Shown piece after piece: positions 20,078 through 31,305 of a stretch of DNA of 64,000 nt; positions within the stretch are counted from its first letter, which is position 1; every line of letters begins with the position of its first letter. The position numbers and the translations under genes were made by a program. The notes under the pieces were generated by a model. It had not been told where the DNA came from and did not search any database. It saw only the letters and a program-made list of their open reading frames with translations. Source of the stretch: a bacterium (GTDB taxonomy: Bacteria; Hinthialibacterota; Hinthialibacteria; Hinthialibacterales; Hinthialibacteraceae); assembly GCA_963662285.2 (NCBI GenBank), contig CAXXMV010000002.1, positions 928,001-992,000 on the forward strand, written 5' to 3'.

Positions 20078-21652
20078 CTAATATAAAAATTCCAATTCTA
20101 TTGCGCGGTAGACTCTGGGAATGCGATCCGTCTGAATGGTATCGAGTCCCTGATGAATTGCCTGGCGGTAATGCTCAACGGTTTCATGTTCTCCCATAGC
20201 GTCGGAAAATAGTTGGATTTGTTTTTGATGCGCCTGGGTTATCAGTGATTTTGTGAGGATAGACCAACTTGTATCAAAAGCGAAAGGCTTGATTCGCTCA
20301 GCGCGAGGATTCAAATCGGCTGGTTGTCCCAGGGAAGGCATTAGCTTTGCGTTCGGCGCCAAGCGGCGTATTTCCAAGAGAACTTCAGGCGATCCATAAA
20401 AAACTGCGCCATCGAGTTTTTGGTAGGTTCGTAAAACGGCAATAAGTTTTTCGGCGTCTATATCTTTGCAGTCCACATAAAGATTCACGTCACGATGATT
20501 TGGTTCAGCAATGGTTTGAGAACTACTTTGATTGAGCAATATACAAATTTCTTCGATGGTGGGTACTTTCTCATTTTTATAACCAACGCCGAACCATGCC
20601 CCGGCGGAAAGCGCTCGAAGATCATCAAAAGAGATTTGGTTCACCGGGCCGGTTCCATTAGTAGTCCGATCAAGGGTTCGGTCGTGGAGAGAAATTAAAT
20701 GGCCGTCTTTGGTCCTACGCACGTCGATTTCAAAATAATCCACTCGCAGTTCAATGGCTTTTTTATAAGCGGCTAAAGTATTTTCCGGGGCGAACTGGTT
20801 GGCGCCTCGATGAGATGCAACTTTGACGGGACGCTTTCCACCGGTTCGGTAATCAAGGTATTCAGATAATACGTTTTCTCCATAATCGGTGTGAATCCAG
20901 TCTACGCCCATATTGAAGCAATTACGCCAAACGCGAGGATTGTCGCGTTTTCCAAGGGTTTGCGCCTGGACGATCACCCCGGATTTATGAAAGGCCTGAA
21001 CCAAGTCAGCTGTGAGCAAATCGGCATGAATTTCTACCGATGCTGGATGAAGCCGTTCTATCCAGTATGCCGCATCTAACCGCTCATTGATACTTGGCAT
21101 CACAGCAATCTTCCCATTTGACAACCGATTGATCTCTTCTAATTTTTCCGGGGAATCGAAAACTACAACCTGTCGTTCCATCCCTGCTTCGATTATCTCA
21201 TTAACTAATTGCTGCGGATCAGTAGTTTTACAATCGAGGTATAGGTTTATCTTCCCCTGGCAGAATTTCAGCGCTTCATTCAGGGTTGGAATCCGGGCGC
21301 CTGCATAACGAGGCGCAAACCAGGCGCCTGCATCTAATTGTCTTAACGCTTCTAAATCAATATCAGCGATGCGTCCAGTGCCATTCGTCGTTCGGTCGAG
21401 TGTGGCATCATGTAAAAGCATATGACGCCCGTCGCCGCTTAAACGAACATCGATCTCAACCCATTCTATTTCTGCGTCAATCGCGGCCTGCAAAGCAGGG
21501 ATTGTATTTTCTGGAGCGGATTCGGTAATCCCCCGATGCACAATAACCTGTAATCCTCTTGGCGGGATTAACGGTTGAAAAAAATCAGCTGAATAAGACG
21601 ATAATGAAAGGAATAAAAAACTAGTAATAAGGCAATACTTGAATCGGAACAT
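20078..21652 (-). CDS. secreted tandem (two-domain) glycerophosphodiester phosphodiesterase
   Basis: Signal peptide; HRG....APENT and E.DV.....HD..LDRTTNGTG each occur twice. Confidence 0.92.
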   Translation of the reverse strand: MFRFKYCLITSFLFLSLSSYSADFFQPLIPPRGLQVIVHRGITESAPENTIPALQAAIDAEIEWVEIDVRLSGDGRHMLLHDATLDRTTNGTGRIADIDLEALRQLDAGAWFAPRYAGARIPTLNEALKFCQGKINLYLDCKTTDPQQLVNEIIEAGMERQVVVFDSPEKLEEINRLSNGKIAVMPSINERLDAAYWIERLHPASVEIHADLLTADLVQAFHKSGVIVQAQTLGKRDNPRVWRNCFNMGVDWIHTDYGENVLSEYLDYRTGGKRPVKVASHRGANQFAPENTLAAYKKAIELRVDYFEIDVRRTKDGHLISLHDRTLDRTTNGTGPVNQISFDDLRALSAGAWFGVGYKNEKVPTIEEICILLNQSSSQTIAEPNHRDVNLYVDCKDIDAEKLIAVLRTYQKLDGAVFYGSPEVLLEIRRLAPNAKLMPSLGQPADLNPRAERIKPFAFDTSWSILTKSLITQAHQKQIQLFSDAMGEHETVEHYRQAIHQGLDTIQTDRIPRVYRAIELEFLY

Positions 21653-21958
21653 AAGAAATAGACCTTTATAAAAATAAAATAGTAAATTAACAGGTTCTTA
21701 TGAATGAAAATATGTCATGTTTCTTAGTATAAATAAGGATTGCAAACTCAATCGCTCTCGTTTTTCGATAAGATAATCATACTCTGGTTAAAAGTCAAAT
21801 TCTAAAATTATTCTAAAATCATAATATATCGCCATATATATCATATCTGTTTGATTTTGTATAGCAGATAATTCACAACGGTGGATTTGACTGTATCAAG
21901 GGGGATTGGCTCAGGTGATTTTGATTGTATAAATTTAGTTAATGATCAAGTACAAGGC

Positions 21959-22158
21959 TTTTGCATCCGCATAAGAGGATTCAGAATATATTGAACAGTG
22001 ATGATTTATGATTTATGATTTACGATTTACACCCAATTGTGAGCAAACATTTTTACACGAAATCGCTTCTTCACACCGCTTGAAAATAGCCATTTCCAGC
22101 TGTTTTTCTTTTATTGAGAGATCACCATGCCGCTTGAGCGTCATCCTGAAATCCAACC
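21959..22158. repeat. dispersed repeat, copy 2, with a (TGATTTA)n heptamer tract
   Basis: Homologous to 16038-16352; heptamer repeated about 4x at 22002-22029. Confidence 0.8.
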
Positions 22159-22328
22159 GCCATTTGCGCTCATCGACATTTGGTTTGACAATCCTGTTTA
22201 TCTCATAATGCAATTGAATGAATAGTACACTCAATAGAATCTCTCTAATTCTTGTTTCTAGTCAATATATTATATATACTGAAAAATCGATTTTGATATA
22301 ACTATAGTTCTACTGGAAGGATTCCTAT

Positions 22329-23510
22329 ATGAGAATCCCTGTAAAAAAATTGGGCGCTTCTAAGTTTCCTTTATTCTTTCTTGTAACTTATGCCATCTTA
22401 CTGCTATCCACTAATTTGAATACATTTGCACAGGTTGAAAAACTTGAAGTTGGTCCATTCAAACTTGGTGGAGCAGTACGTGCGAACTTGTTTTATAAAG
22501 ATTGGAATCACTTAGAACGATTGGATTTGGATACTGTACGTTTGAACCTTGAGTTCGAAATGCAGGATTTCATTGGCTCCGCCGAATATCGATATTATTA
22601 CTATCAGGACATCGAGCGAAGTACTCACATGTTACATCATAGTTGGCTGGGATATCGTTTTACAGAATCAGACCAAATACATCTCGGCGTTCATCAGGTT
22701 CCTTTCGGCATACTACCCTACGCATCGCATAACTGGTTTTTTCAACTCCCTTATTATGTTGGATTGGAAGACGATTACGATCTTGGAGCAAAATACATAC
22801 ACCAGGATGACAATTGGAACTTCCACCTTGCGTATTATGCTGAAGATGAAGGGCATTATAACGGAAGAAGCAACGACAGCGCTCGATATTCATACGATCT
22901 GGTTACTGAAGGCCTCGCACAAAATGAAGAAAAAAATCAGTTCAACCTGCGATACGCTTATACCTGGACTCATTCTGAAAATCACGCCAGCGAATTGGGC
23001 GTATCGTTACAATTAGGTCAAATCCACAACCGCTTGACGCATGACGACGGCAATCAATACGCAGTCGCTCTACATCTCAACGAAACATGGAATCGATGGA
23101 ATGCCATGTTCGAAATAATCCGCTATGAAAATTCCTTGCGTAATCCTATAGGTCAACGTGATGATTTCGTGTTAATGGGGGCTTATGATTTTCCATATCA
23201 AGTCGCCAGCAGCGCCAGCATATACACAGTCGGTATAGGTTACACAATTCCAATTAAAGATTCGTTTGTAGATTCAGTGACATTTTATGATGATTTCAGT
23301 TTTATGCATAAAGACAAAGCAGATTTTCTCAGCAGTTGGCAAAATGTTGTAGGAGCATCCGTGTCCGCCGGGAACTTTTTCATATATTTCGACGTGGCGT
23401 CCGGTCGAAATCATTCCTGGTTAGGTCCTGATTGGACTGAATCTTTTTCTTCTGGTGGAGACGATAACTGGCATACCCGTTTTAATATTAACATCGGTTT
23501 CTATATTTAA
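22329..23510 (+). CDS. putative outer-membrane beta-barrel porin
   Basis: Signal peptide, aromatic-rich amphipathic strands, C-terminal NINIGFYI beta-signal. Confidence 0.75.
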   Translation: MRIPVKKLGASKFPLFFLVTYAILLLSTNLNTFAQVEKLEVGPFKLGGAVRANLFYKDWNHLERLDLDTVRLNLEFEMQDFIGSAEYRYYYYQDIERSTHMLHHSWLGYRFTESDQIHLGVHQVPFGILPYASHNWFFQLPYYVGLEDDYDLGAKYIHQDDNWNFHLAYYAEDEGHYNGRSNDSARYSYDLVTEGLAQNEEKNQFNLRYAYTWTHSENHASELGVSLQLGQIHNRLTHDDGNQYAVALHLNETWNRWNAMFEIIRYENSLRNPIGQRDDFVLMGAYDFPYQVASSASIYTVGIGYTIPIKDSFVDSVTFYDDFSFMHKDKADFLSSWQNVVGASVSAGNFFIYFDVASGRNHSWLGPDWTESFSSGGDDNWHTRFNINIGFYI

Positions 23511-23547
23511 GGTGCGTTTATGAATTTTTTCCCTTTATCTATTATCA

Positions 23548-24297
23548 TCAGGTTGGCTTGGAAACAGTAATAATCGGATCAATCATTCCCATATCGCCCA
23601 AATCCCGAAGTGTTTCTAAATGTTTAATATTCAATGTAATTCCTTCAACAACAAAAATTTGATTACCATCTTTGCTACACACCGGACGCGCTAGAACCTG
23701 TCCAGATTTGGCGTCATTGATATTAATGGTCATGACATCGTGAGAAATAATCACACATTGCCCGGATTCTTTTACTATAGAGGAATCTTCAACCTGCGAT
23801 GACGCGTTATGTTCCAGGATATCCCGAATACGCGTATCAACATCCAAGGCTTCGTATTCGGATATCTCTTTCAAACTGGAATCATCCATTGGATCATGCG
23901 TTTTGAAGATGCGCAGAAGCCGGTCGGTCAAAGTTTGTTTGGTAACCGGTTTCAAGACAAAAGAGTTTACGTCCAGTTGAATGGCCAGCTCCACCAAGGC
24001 GCTGTCACTGTGACCGGTTAACATCAATACGGGCAGATTACGACGGATGTTTTTATGGCCGGTACGGATATGCTTCAACAACAGCAGTCCATGCATAATA
24101 GGCATGTTGAAATCGGCAATTACGCAATGGATGCTGTGCGATCTTTCTTCTAACAGGCTAAGAGCTTCTATACCATTGGTTGCGCTATAAGTTTGCGGAT
24201 CGCCCATGTTTTTTAACAAACGCAAAACTGTAATCCTGGAGAAATTATGGTCATCTACAATTAGAAATGTACGGGTGGGAAATGTAATACCGCCCAT
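23548..24297 (-). CDS. response regulator (REC plus uncharacterised C-terminus)
   Basis: LIVDD, ADFNMP.MHG, LTG, KP; no recognisable HTH. Confidence 0.88.
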   Translation of the reverse strand: MGGITFPTRTFLIVDDHNFSRITVLRLLKNMGDPQTYSATNGIEALSLLEERSHSIHCVIADFNMPIMHGLLLLKHIRTGHKNIRRNLPVLMLTGHSDSALVELAIQLDVNSFVLKPVTKQTLTDRLLRIFKTHDPMDDSSLKEISEYEALDVDTRIRDILEHNASSQVEDSSIVKESGQCVIISHDVMTININDAKSGQVLARPVCSKDGNQIFVVEGITLNIKHLETLRDLGDMGMIDPIITVSKPT

Positions 24298-24302
24298 CGG
24301 TT

Positions 24303-27300
24303 TTACCTCTTATTTTTTAGAGTTACGATAAAATTTTCAACTTCGCTGTATTGTTCTCGGGCGGTTTGAAATTCCGAACGAAGATCATCCCACGACTGCT
24401 CCATAGCGCCCAGTTGTAATTGTTTCATTGTTTCAGATAAAGTCATAGCGGCTGCGTTCCCGGCTCCACCTTTGGCGCTATGCGCGTTATCGCGAAGCAT
24501 TGAACGGTCTTCTGATTCAAAGGCTATTTCGATATTTTGCATGAGTCCATCAAAGTCCTCAACAAAATATTCGAGCATTTCTACCAATCCTTCATCATCC
24601 TCTTCCCCCAGGATTTCCTTGAGTTGTTCTAAATCGACCGGTGGAGAGACCTCTACATTGGAATTGGATTCGGCGGGTGGAGAAGATTCGTCCATTCGGA
24701 AAGGCTCAGTCAGGATCGGCGTTTCTTCCCGTTCGTCAGGCGCCTCCACAGGAATTTGATCCTGGGGAAGCCAGTGAGAGAGTTTTTGGGCAAGGCTTTC
24801 GAGAGTAATCGGCTTGGTTGCGACATCGTCCATTCCTGCTTTAAAGCAGGCTTCGACATCTTCTTTCATTACATTCGCGGTCATAGCGATTATAGGCATG
24901 CGTGTGCCGCGTTCGGCTTCCCACTCACGATAGGCCTGGGCGAACTCGTACCCGTTCATTTCCGGCATATTAATATCAGTGAAGATGAGAAGATAAGTTC
25001 CGTTTTGGGCGCGTTGAAGGCCTTCCCGCCCATTGTTCGCCGTCTCACATTGTAAACCGAATGCATCAAGTTGTTTTTTAGCAACCTGCCGGTTCATGGG
25101 CAGGTCGTCAATTACTAATATGGGCGTTTCGAATTTCGCCGCCCGAATCCTCTGAAGAATTTCATTGGAATCACCCGCAGATTCCCCACCCTCATAAATG
25201 AATTCTATATTCAAATACTTGTGAAGCTGGTCGAATATCTCAGATTCCTTGAATGGTTTGCGCAAGAAATCATCGCAACCCGCTTCAATCACCTTCTTAC
25301 GGTCATCTTCAAATGCGCTGGCCGTAAGAGCAACAATGATAGGCCCGATTCCCTCTGATTCTCTCTTAATAATACGGGTGGCTTCGATTCCATCCATGAC
25401 CGGCATTAGTAAGTCCATCCATATCAAAGATGGTTTCTGTTCCCGCCACAAACGAATGGCTTCTTCACCATTCACCGCTTCAATTACAATAAAGCCCACC
25501 CTCTCCAACAATTCTGTAAGTAATTTCCGATTTTCTTCTTTGTCATCAACTACCAGAAGCGTATGGGCGGGCTGTCCTGGCTGGATGCCGGTTACGCGAG
25601 TTGGAGTAAAAATTGACTGATCCTTCACATCTCCGGCGCCAACCACAGGCACGGAAATATCAAATCCGAAACAAGTGCCAACATCCACCTTGCTTCGAAC
25701 CGTAAGTTCCCCTCCCATAATCCTGACGAATTCCCGGCTGATGGCTAGGCCTAAGCCCGTTCCCTGTTGGGAATTCACACCACTGGAAGTTTGTGAAAAC
25801 GCTGAAAAGAGTTTCCCTATTTCATCTTCAGCAATACCGACTCCCGTATCTTCCACTTCGATAATTAAAGAACCTTTGCTTTCATTCTTACTTTCAAAAC
25901 CAGCTCGTAAACTTATGCCGCCCTCATGAGTGAATTTTACGGCGTTGCCCAGCAGGTTTACGATGATTTGACGAATTTTCTTCTCATCACCTCGTATATA
26001 GCGCGGGACTTCACCAACATGCTCGATCAATAATGAAAGCCCCCGCTCCTCCACGCGCATGCAAAACATATCTTCCATATCTTTGATTACGCGATGCAAA
26101 TCGAAATTGGATTCATCTAGTTGGATGCGTCCCGCTTCGATTTTAGACATATCCAGAATGTCGTTGATCAGGTTTAAAAGGTGGTCGCCGCTGCGGCAGA
26201 TAATATCAAGGTTCTCCCGTTGCTCGCTGCCCAATACCGGATCCCGTTGTAATAACTGGGAAAAACCGATTATGGCATTCATGGGAGTACGGATTTCGTG
26301 AGACATGTTAGCGAGAAAGGAACTCTTGGCATGGTTGGCGTCTTCAGCGGCTAATCGTGCATGAACCAGTTCTTCTTCCGCTTTTTTACGCGCATGAATT
26401 TCATGCGAAAGCCGCCGGTTCCACCATAATCCTATAACCAATAAAACCACAAAACCGCCAACAATGCGGAAAATAAGGCCGTAATCAATCCTTTGAATAA
26501 AAACATCATTGCGATCCCAATGGCTGAGGATATCACGGTGCTCTTCCGGTTCCATAGACTGAAGGACTTTGTTGATAATATCGCGAAGCAGGGGCCAGTC
26601 TTGCCGTACGGCCAGGGTGATTTCCATATCAATTCCCAGCGTTCCCGCAATTTCTATATTGTGCATGCCCAACTCTTTAATCATGTAACTGCCTAATCCA
26701 AGCGCACAAACCAGCGTATCAATCTGTCCGCTTGAGACGGCTTTCAAACCTTCTTCTATATTCTCGACCTCCTGAAACTTGATATCAGGCCAAGTCTTAT
26801 ATAGACGGTTCAGGTAGCCGTAGCCCTTTATGACAGCGATGCTCCCACTAGAAACTTGATTGAGATCAGTGACAAAGATATCACTTTTTTTACGGATTGC
26901 AGCGATGGGATTCGATATATAAGGCTTTACGAAATCAAACTTGGATTGGAGAGTTGTGGAACCGACAGTTTGAGAAATAATATCTACATCACTATTCAGC
27001 GCCATCTCAATCGCTCCACTCCAACTGGGCGGGGATATACGCTGAATGGTTATTCCCAAACGCTCTTCGATAAGAGTGAGATAATCATTAACAATTCCGA
27101 TACATTGACCTTCACCGGTAAAAGATTCGTATGGAAGCCACATCGGAGCGCCAGTAAAACGGATATCCGGATGCTCTTCCAGCCAGTCTTTTTCCTCATC
27201 CGTTAGTTCAATGGTCTTCGCGTCGGCTTGAATTTTTGCCGCCAGGCTGAACGGGATCCAATTACTTTTGATGCGGTTGTGATCGGCGGCTGAAAGATCA

Positions 27301-28040
27301 TCCAATACCACGCTGATGATTTCATGCAATTCCGGCCAGTCTTTACGTATGCCCATGTGAACATCAAGTGAGTCGAACGGAGCGGGGACAGTGGCTTCAA
27401 TCCCGCTAAGTGAGTATTCGTTAATCGCATAACCAGTCGAGTTAATATCACCAATATAAGCAGAAGCCGTTCCCGTAATGAGTGTAAGCAATGCTTCCCG
27501 GATCGAGAGTCGGGTGATTATGGGAATAGCAGGATGCCCGCTTTTCATTTCCTCCACGGTGCTGTATCCTTCTACCAGAGCAACCGTTCTGCCTTTCAGG
27601 TCGTCAAAACTCTGTATCTCCTGTTGCCCGGCAAGTGTGAAAACAAAATTTGTTACCCTGTTATAGGAGGGTGTATAGAGCAAAAATGTTTCCCGCTCTG
27701 AATTACGGTACAGCGCTGGTAAAATATCAACTTTTCGATCTCTCGCCAATTGTAGTAGCGTATTCCAACTTTTTTCAATATGGAATTTAAATTGAAGGCC
27801 TGTGCGTTTTGAAATGATTTTCAGGTATTCTTCCGCAATCCCCTGGTACCGTCCCTGGTTATCGATAAAGTCATAGGGCGCCCAGTCGGTTTCACAACCA
27901 ACGGTGATTGTATGGTTTTCTTCGAGCCACGCTTGGGCTTCGGGTGAGAGAGATTCAAGAAATGCTGAATCAGGTTCAGAAAAGGAAACAGAGATTGATA
28001 ATGTGGCTATAGTAACAGATAGAAGCAGAATTCGAGTCAC
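24303..28040 (-). CDS. BvgS/EvgS-like hybrid sensor kinase (2x periplasmic SBP, HisKA, HATPase, 2x REC, HPt)
   Basis: DWAPYDF / WLPYES SBP domains, [26 protein letters not shown], two REC domains, AHSAKG HPt. Confidence 0.95.
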   Translation of the reverse strand: MTRILLLSVTIATLSISVSFSEPDSAFLESLSPEAQAWLEENHTITVGCETDWAPYDFIDNQGRYQGIAEEYLKIISKRTGLQFKFHIEKSWNTLLQLARDRKVDILPALYRNSERETFLLYTPSYNRVTNFVFTLAGQQEIQSFDDLKGRTVALVEGYSTVEEMKSGHPAIPIITRLSIREALLTLITGTASAYIGDINSTGYAINEYSLSGIEATVPAPFDSLDVHMGIRKDWPELHEIISVVLDDLSAADHNRIKSNWIPFSLAAKIQADAKTIELTDEEKDWLEEHPDIRFTGAPMWLPYESFTGEGQCIGIVNDYLTLIEERLGITIQRISPPSWSGAIEMALNSDVDIISQTVGSTTLQSKFDFVKPYISNPIAAIRKKSDIFVTDLNQVSSGSIAVIKGYGYLNRLYKTWPDIKFQEVENIEEGLKAVSSGQIDTLVCALGLGSYMIKELGMHNIEIAGTLGIDMEITLAVRQDWPLLRDIINKVLQSMEPEEHRDILSHWDRNDVFIQRIDYGLIFRIVGGFVVLLVIGLWWNRRLSHEIHARKKAEEELVHARLAAEDANHAKSSFLANMSHEIRTPMNAIIGFSQLLQRDPVLGSEQRENLDIICRSGDHLLNLINDILDMSKIEAGRIQLDESNFDLHRVIKDMEDMFCMRVEERGLSLLIEHVGEVPRYIRGDEKKIRQIIVNLLGNAVKFTHEGGISLRAGFESKNESKGSLIIEVEDTGVGIAEDEIGKLFSAFSQTSSGVNSQQGTGLGLAISREFVRIMGGELTVRSKVDVGTCFGFDISVPVVGAGDVKDQSIFTPTRVTGIQPGQPAHTLLVVDDKEENRKLLTELLERVGFIVIEAVNGEEAIRLWREQKPSLIWMDLLMPVMDGIEATRIIKRESEGIGPIIVALTASAFEDDRKKVIEAGCDDFLRKPFKESEIFDQLHKYLNIEFIYEGGESAGDSNEILQRIRAAKFETPILVIDDLPMNRQVAKKQLDAFGLQCETANNGREGLQRAQNGTYLLIFTDINMPEMNGYEFAQAYREWEAERGTRMPIIAMTANVMKEDVEACFKAGMDDVATKPITLESLAQKLSHWLPQDQIPVEAPDEREETPILTEPFRMDESSPPAESNSNVEVSPPVDLEQLKEILGEEDDEGLVEMLEYFVEDFDGLMQNIEIAFESEDRSMLRDNAHSAKGGAGNAAAMTLSETMKQLQLGAMEQSWDDLRSEFQTAREQYSEVENFIVTLKNKR

Positions 28041-28960
28041 GATGCCTCCTGAAGAAGGATATCAATAGCATAATAATAATTTAGTCTCAATACGGTATAA
28101 TATCTTGTAATACTAGGTGATAGAATATCAGGGATTTTCGATTTTGAATAGGAATATCACTCCTTGGATCTAATGATTATCTCAAAATTTGAAATTCCCT
28201 ATTTAGTAAAGGAGTAAGGCTAAAATTTTCAAGTATAATGATTATGTAAACGCATGCCTTGATATCTAAGATTTTTAATTCTAATAAATTTTGATTTAGA
28301 TCTTATCTAGGTATCGCGAAGTTACAACCAATTTCTACTGATGTATCCGTAGATAAGGCGTTTTAATATGTAAGCAAGTCTAAGTGATCATAACTAATTG
28401 ATTAGGGTATATTTGTCATTACTACAATTCGTTACTATGGATCAGAATGCTCCAGGATCAGACTTCCTGAACTCACCCGTGGTTCTCGCGGGATTTTGTT
28501 AGGATAATCTGGTTGGGAAGCAAATCATCCTGAGATTGAGAGACTCTCCAGTGCGTGAGGGAGTTAACAAATTCCGCAGACCTTATTACCTCTATTCGCA
28601 TCAGGCGAAGGATTAATATCCGAGTTGATTTCCTATCAAAAATGATTCTCCCTTCCTACCAAAATTCGCATTTGTTGGATGCGAGTTGTTCCCGCTCATC
28701 AAGCCCACAATATAAAATCTTTCAAGATCAATGGAATTTCCGCTTGAATTATATCCATATTGGTTCCATTCTTAGATATGTGTGATACAAAGATGAAATA
28801 ATGTAAGAATATAACCTCAATAATAGCAGGAAAGTATTAATTGTTGGATGTAAGTTTGACATCTATAGATAGTATGTATTTGGTCTGTTGCATACTCATA
28901 ATGAATTCTGATCAACTCGCCTTCATTGGCAACAATCAATAATCCAGGACGGAGAGAGCC

Positions 28961-30946
28961 ATGTTGCTCATGCTTACATTTATTTTTTTGTTAATAGTGG
29001 GATCGATTGCAGAAGCCGAACCGACGATATTCAAGTCATGGGAGTTTGATAGGTGGAACGATCAACAGGGCTGGAATGTACCGTCAGCGTTAGGTGGATC
29101 CGTTATGGGAAGTGGGATTTGGTTGCATATCCAAATGTTGCCGGAACATACGCAGGAGTTAACGTGGCGTCAACTCATTTGGCTTCCGCATCCTCCGTTA
29201 TCTTTGGTATCACCCTCAGGTCTCGGTATAGATACGGCATACGCCACGAAGGTTAGGTTGCGTGTCTTGAACCAATCTCCTGAAACGGATGGCTTGTTCA
29301 TCTGGCGCACGACATCAGCACCGGATGAGAATGCGGGAACCGTGCGTTTCACAATGCAACCTATGTGCGACAAGTGGCAGGATGTAGTGGTCGACATGGA
29401 TAACCGATGGTCGGGTGTTGTAGACCAAATACGCATATTACCGGCGCTGATTGGAACTTCGGGCGACATGTGGATCTCGCGGATTGCCCTGACTGATGGG
29501 GCTCCGGCCCCGACAAAGGCGCGTCCGGATGTGATTAGCGCTACTGTCATTCCCCGGATTACGCTGCCAGATATTGACCAGTCGGCATTTGCCGATGCGT
29601 TCAAGGTGCTTGACGAATGTCTGATCAACAATGCGCCTGTACATGGTTTTACCGAGCCGGTCATGGGGCCAGGTGGCGCCTATGGGGAAAACTGGTGGCA
29701 ACTGGATTCGTCTTTGACGTGCGATGGGGCAAAGTGGGTCAACCAATCTTTCGCAGAAGGAGTGCTTAGGGGATTCGCTTCAGTGCAATCGCAAAATCCG
29801 GATGGCAGAATCGATCTGTGGGGTGGCGCCCCAAGCCGGGGAATGCCAGCCTTGGCGAGTAGCATCCCACGTCTTTTTGAGGTGGGCTATCGGATAGCAC
29901 GGCGCAGCAGCGATGACGGAGTAAGGCGATTGGCGTTTGAGGTTCTCAGCAAGTATCTGGATTGGTGGCTTTCTCCAGTCAAGCATGATACTCAAACGGG
30001 TTTGATTACCTATGCTTTTGAGGAAACCTTTTGTGAGCCTATCGATACTCCGCAGACAATGGCTCCAGTAGATCTGCAGGTGGCCGTTGCGATTGGATGC
30101 TCCTATGTGAGTAAACTTGCGGAGTGGGTGGGCGAGATCGATGCGGCGAATCGATACCAGAAGGCTTTTGAATACCTGAAGAATGCCATCAATAAGTATT
30201 GTTGGGATGAGGAAGACGGAGCATACTACAACTTTAATGTAAAGACGCTGACTCGCAGTAAACGTCTGATCGTATCGACGTTTGATCCATTACGACTTGG
30301 CATCGCACCTGATGAACGCGTCGCGCGTCTCTTGCAGAAACTGACTGATCCAGCACTTTTCAATTGGGGAATCCGACCGCTAACGAGCCTTGCGAAGACG
30401 GAGCAGGACTATGTGGAGGCTGAAGGTACCTACGACGGTCGGGCATGGTTTGGCGACATCTGGACGATGCGCAATATACCGGTAATTTTTGGTCTGCGAG
30501 ATTGCGGACATGACGAACTCGCAGCCCAACTGGCGTGGGACACCGTAAGAATTTTTAACGCAAATTACGCCGAATATGTGACGCCATCCAAAGGTAAGGG
30601 AGAGGGTGTCATGAGATACGGTTGGTCGGCTTCTCAGTACATTCAGGCGGTGATTGAGCATGTTTTTGGCATTGACTATGATGCAGTGAATAAGCGCCTG
30701 AGCATTGCACCGCTTCTGGTCCCTGAACTTCGTAGGTGTCGTATTGCGATCAAGGGATTACGTTTGCCGACGCCAGAAAACTCGCGGCTATCGGTCGTGA
30801 TTGCTCCACACGAAAATGGTGGAATCCAAGTTGATGTGGCGGTGGAGTCAGTACCAATTGGATTATCGCTAGTCATTCGACTCGACGGTGAAGTACAAGA
30901 GATGCCGCTTGGTTCCGAACAACGCATTGTTATTAAACAGCAGTAA
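28961..30946 (+). CDS. secreted (alpha/alpha)6 glycoside hydrolase, GH63/trehalase-like
   Basis: Signal peptide, YGENWWQLDS, APVDL, WDEEDGAYY, WFGDIW, AEY....G.G....YGWSA. Confidence 0.75.
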   Translation: MLLMLTFIFLLIVGSIAEAEPTIFKSWEFDRWNDQQGWNVPSALGGSVMGSGIWLHIQMLPEHTQELTWRQLIWLPHPPLSLVSPSGLGIDTAYATKVRLRVLNQSPETDGLFIWRTTSAPDENAGTVRFTMQPMCDKWQDVVVDMDNRWSGVVDQIRILPALIGTSGDMWISRIALTDGAPAPTKARPDVISATVIPRITLPDIDQSAFADAFKVLDECLINNAPVHGFTEPVMGPGGAYGENWWQLDSSLTCDGAKWVNQSFAEGVLRGFASVQSQNPDGRIDLWGGAPSRGMPALASSIPRLFEVGYRIARRSSDDGVRRLAFEVLSKYLDWWLSPVKHDTQTGLITYAFEETFCEPIDTPQTMAPVDLQVAVAIGCSYVSKLAEWVGEIDAANRYQKAFEYLKNAINKYCWDEEDGAYYNFNVKTLTRSKRLIVSTFDPLRLGIAPDERVARLLQKLTDPALFNWGIRPLTSLAKTEQDYVEAEGTYDGRAWFGDIWTMRNIPVIFGLRDCGHDELAAQLAWDTVRIFNANYAEYVTPSKGKGEGVMRYGWSASQYIQAVIEHVFGIDYDAVNKRLSIAPLLVPELRRCRIAIKGLRLPTPENSRLSVVIAPHENGGIQVDVAVESVPIGLSLVIRLDGEVQEMPLGSEQRIVIKQQ

Positions 30947-30973
30947 TCCCTATTGTCACAACAGTCCAAAGGA

Positions 30974-31120
30974 ATGCTGGCTAAAGTCTCCCCTTGTCTA
31001 GGACCATGGATTAACCATTTTCATGAAGAATCCTGGTATGTTGGATACGCTCCGAATACAATTCGTAAGAAGCATAATTTCGGAAATGAAGATAAAAGGC
31101 TCATTCCTTTAATGCGATAA
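30974..31120 (+). pseudogene. possible remnant of a tyrosine-recombinase N-terminal domain
   Basis: 48-aa ORF with LGPWINHF...GYAPNTIRK, reminiscent of integrase N-terminal SAM-like helices; next to the tRNA att site. Confidence 0.3.
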
Positions 31121-31247
31121 TGTTATTAAGTATATTGAGGCAGAGATCACAAAATGGAAAGTTCACTCTGATATATCAATCTTGTCTGGATCAAGACTGG
31201 TTATTAATCAGTAAATTGCACGATCATTGCACAATATGGATAATTGA

Positions 31248-31284
31248 CAAAAATAAAGGTCATTTAGAAAAACTCTAAATGACC
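31248..31284 (-). terminator. intrinsic terminator of tRNA-Pro
   Basis: GGTCATTTAGA-GTTTT-TCTAAATGACC followed by TTTATTTTT on the minus strand; duplicated at ~11565-11601. Confidence 0.8.
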
Positions 31285-31305
31285 AAATATGAATTACTTA
31301 AATTA

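Noticed and set aside
22013-22234. 73-aa ORF (and 16248-16445) as a real gene
   Set aside because: The frame is not preserved in the homologous repeat copy (indel and stop); treated as part of the repeat
28437-28785. possible pseudogene or 76-aa ORF in the long intergenic region
   Set aside because: All frames tried contain stops and no recognisable motif; a BLASTX search would be needed
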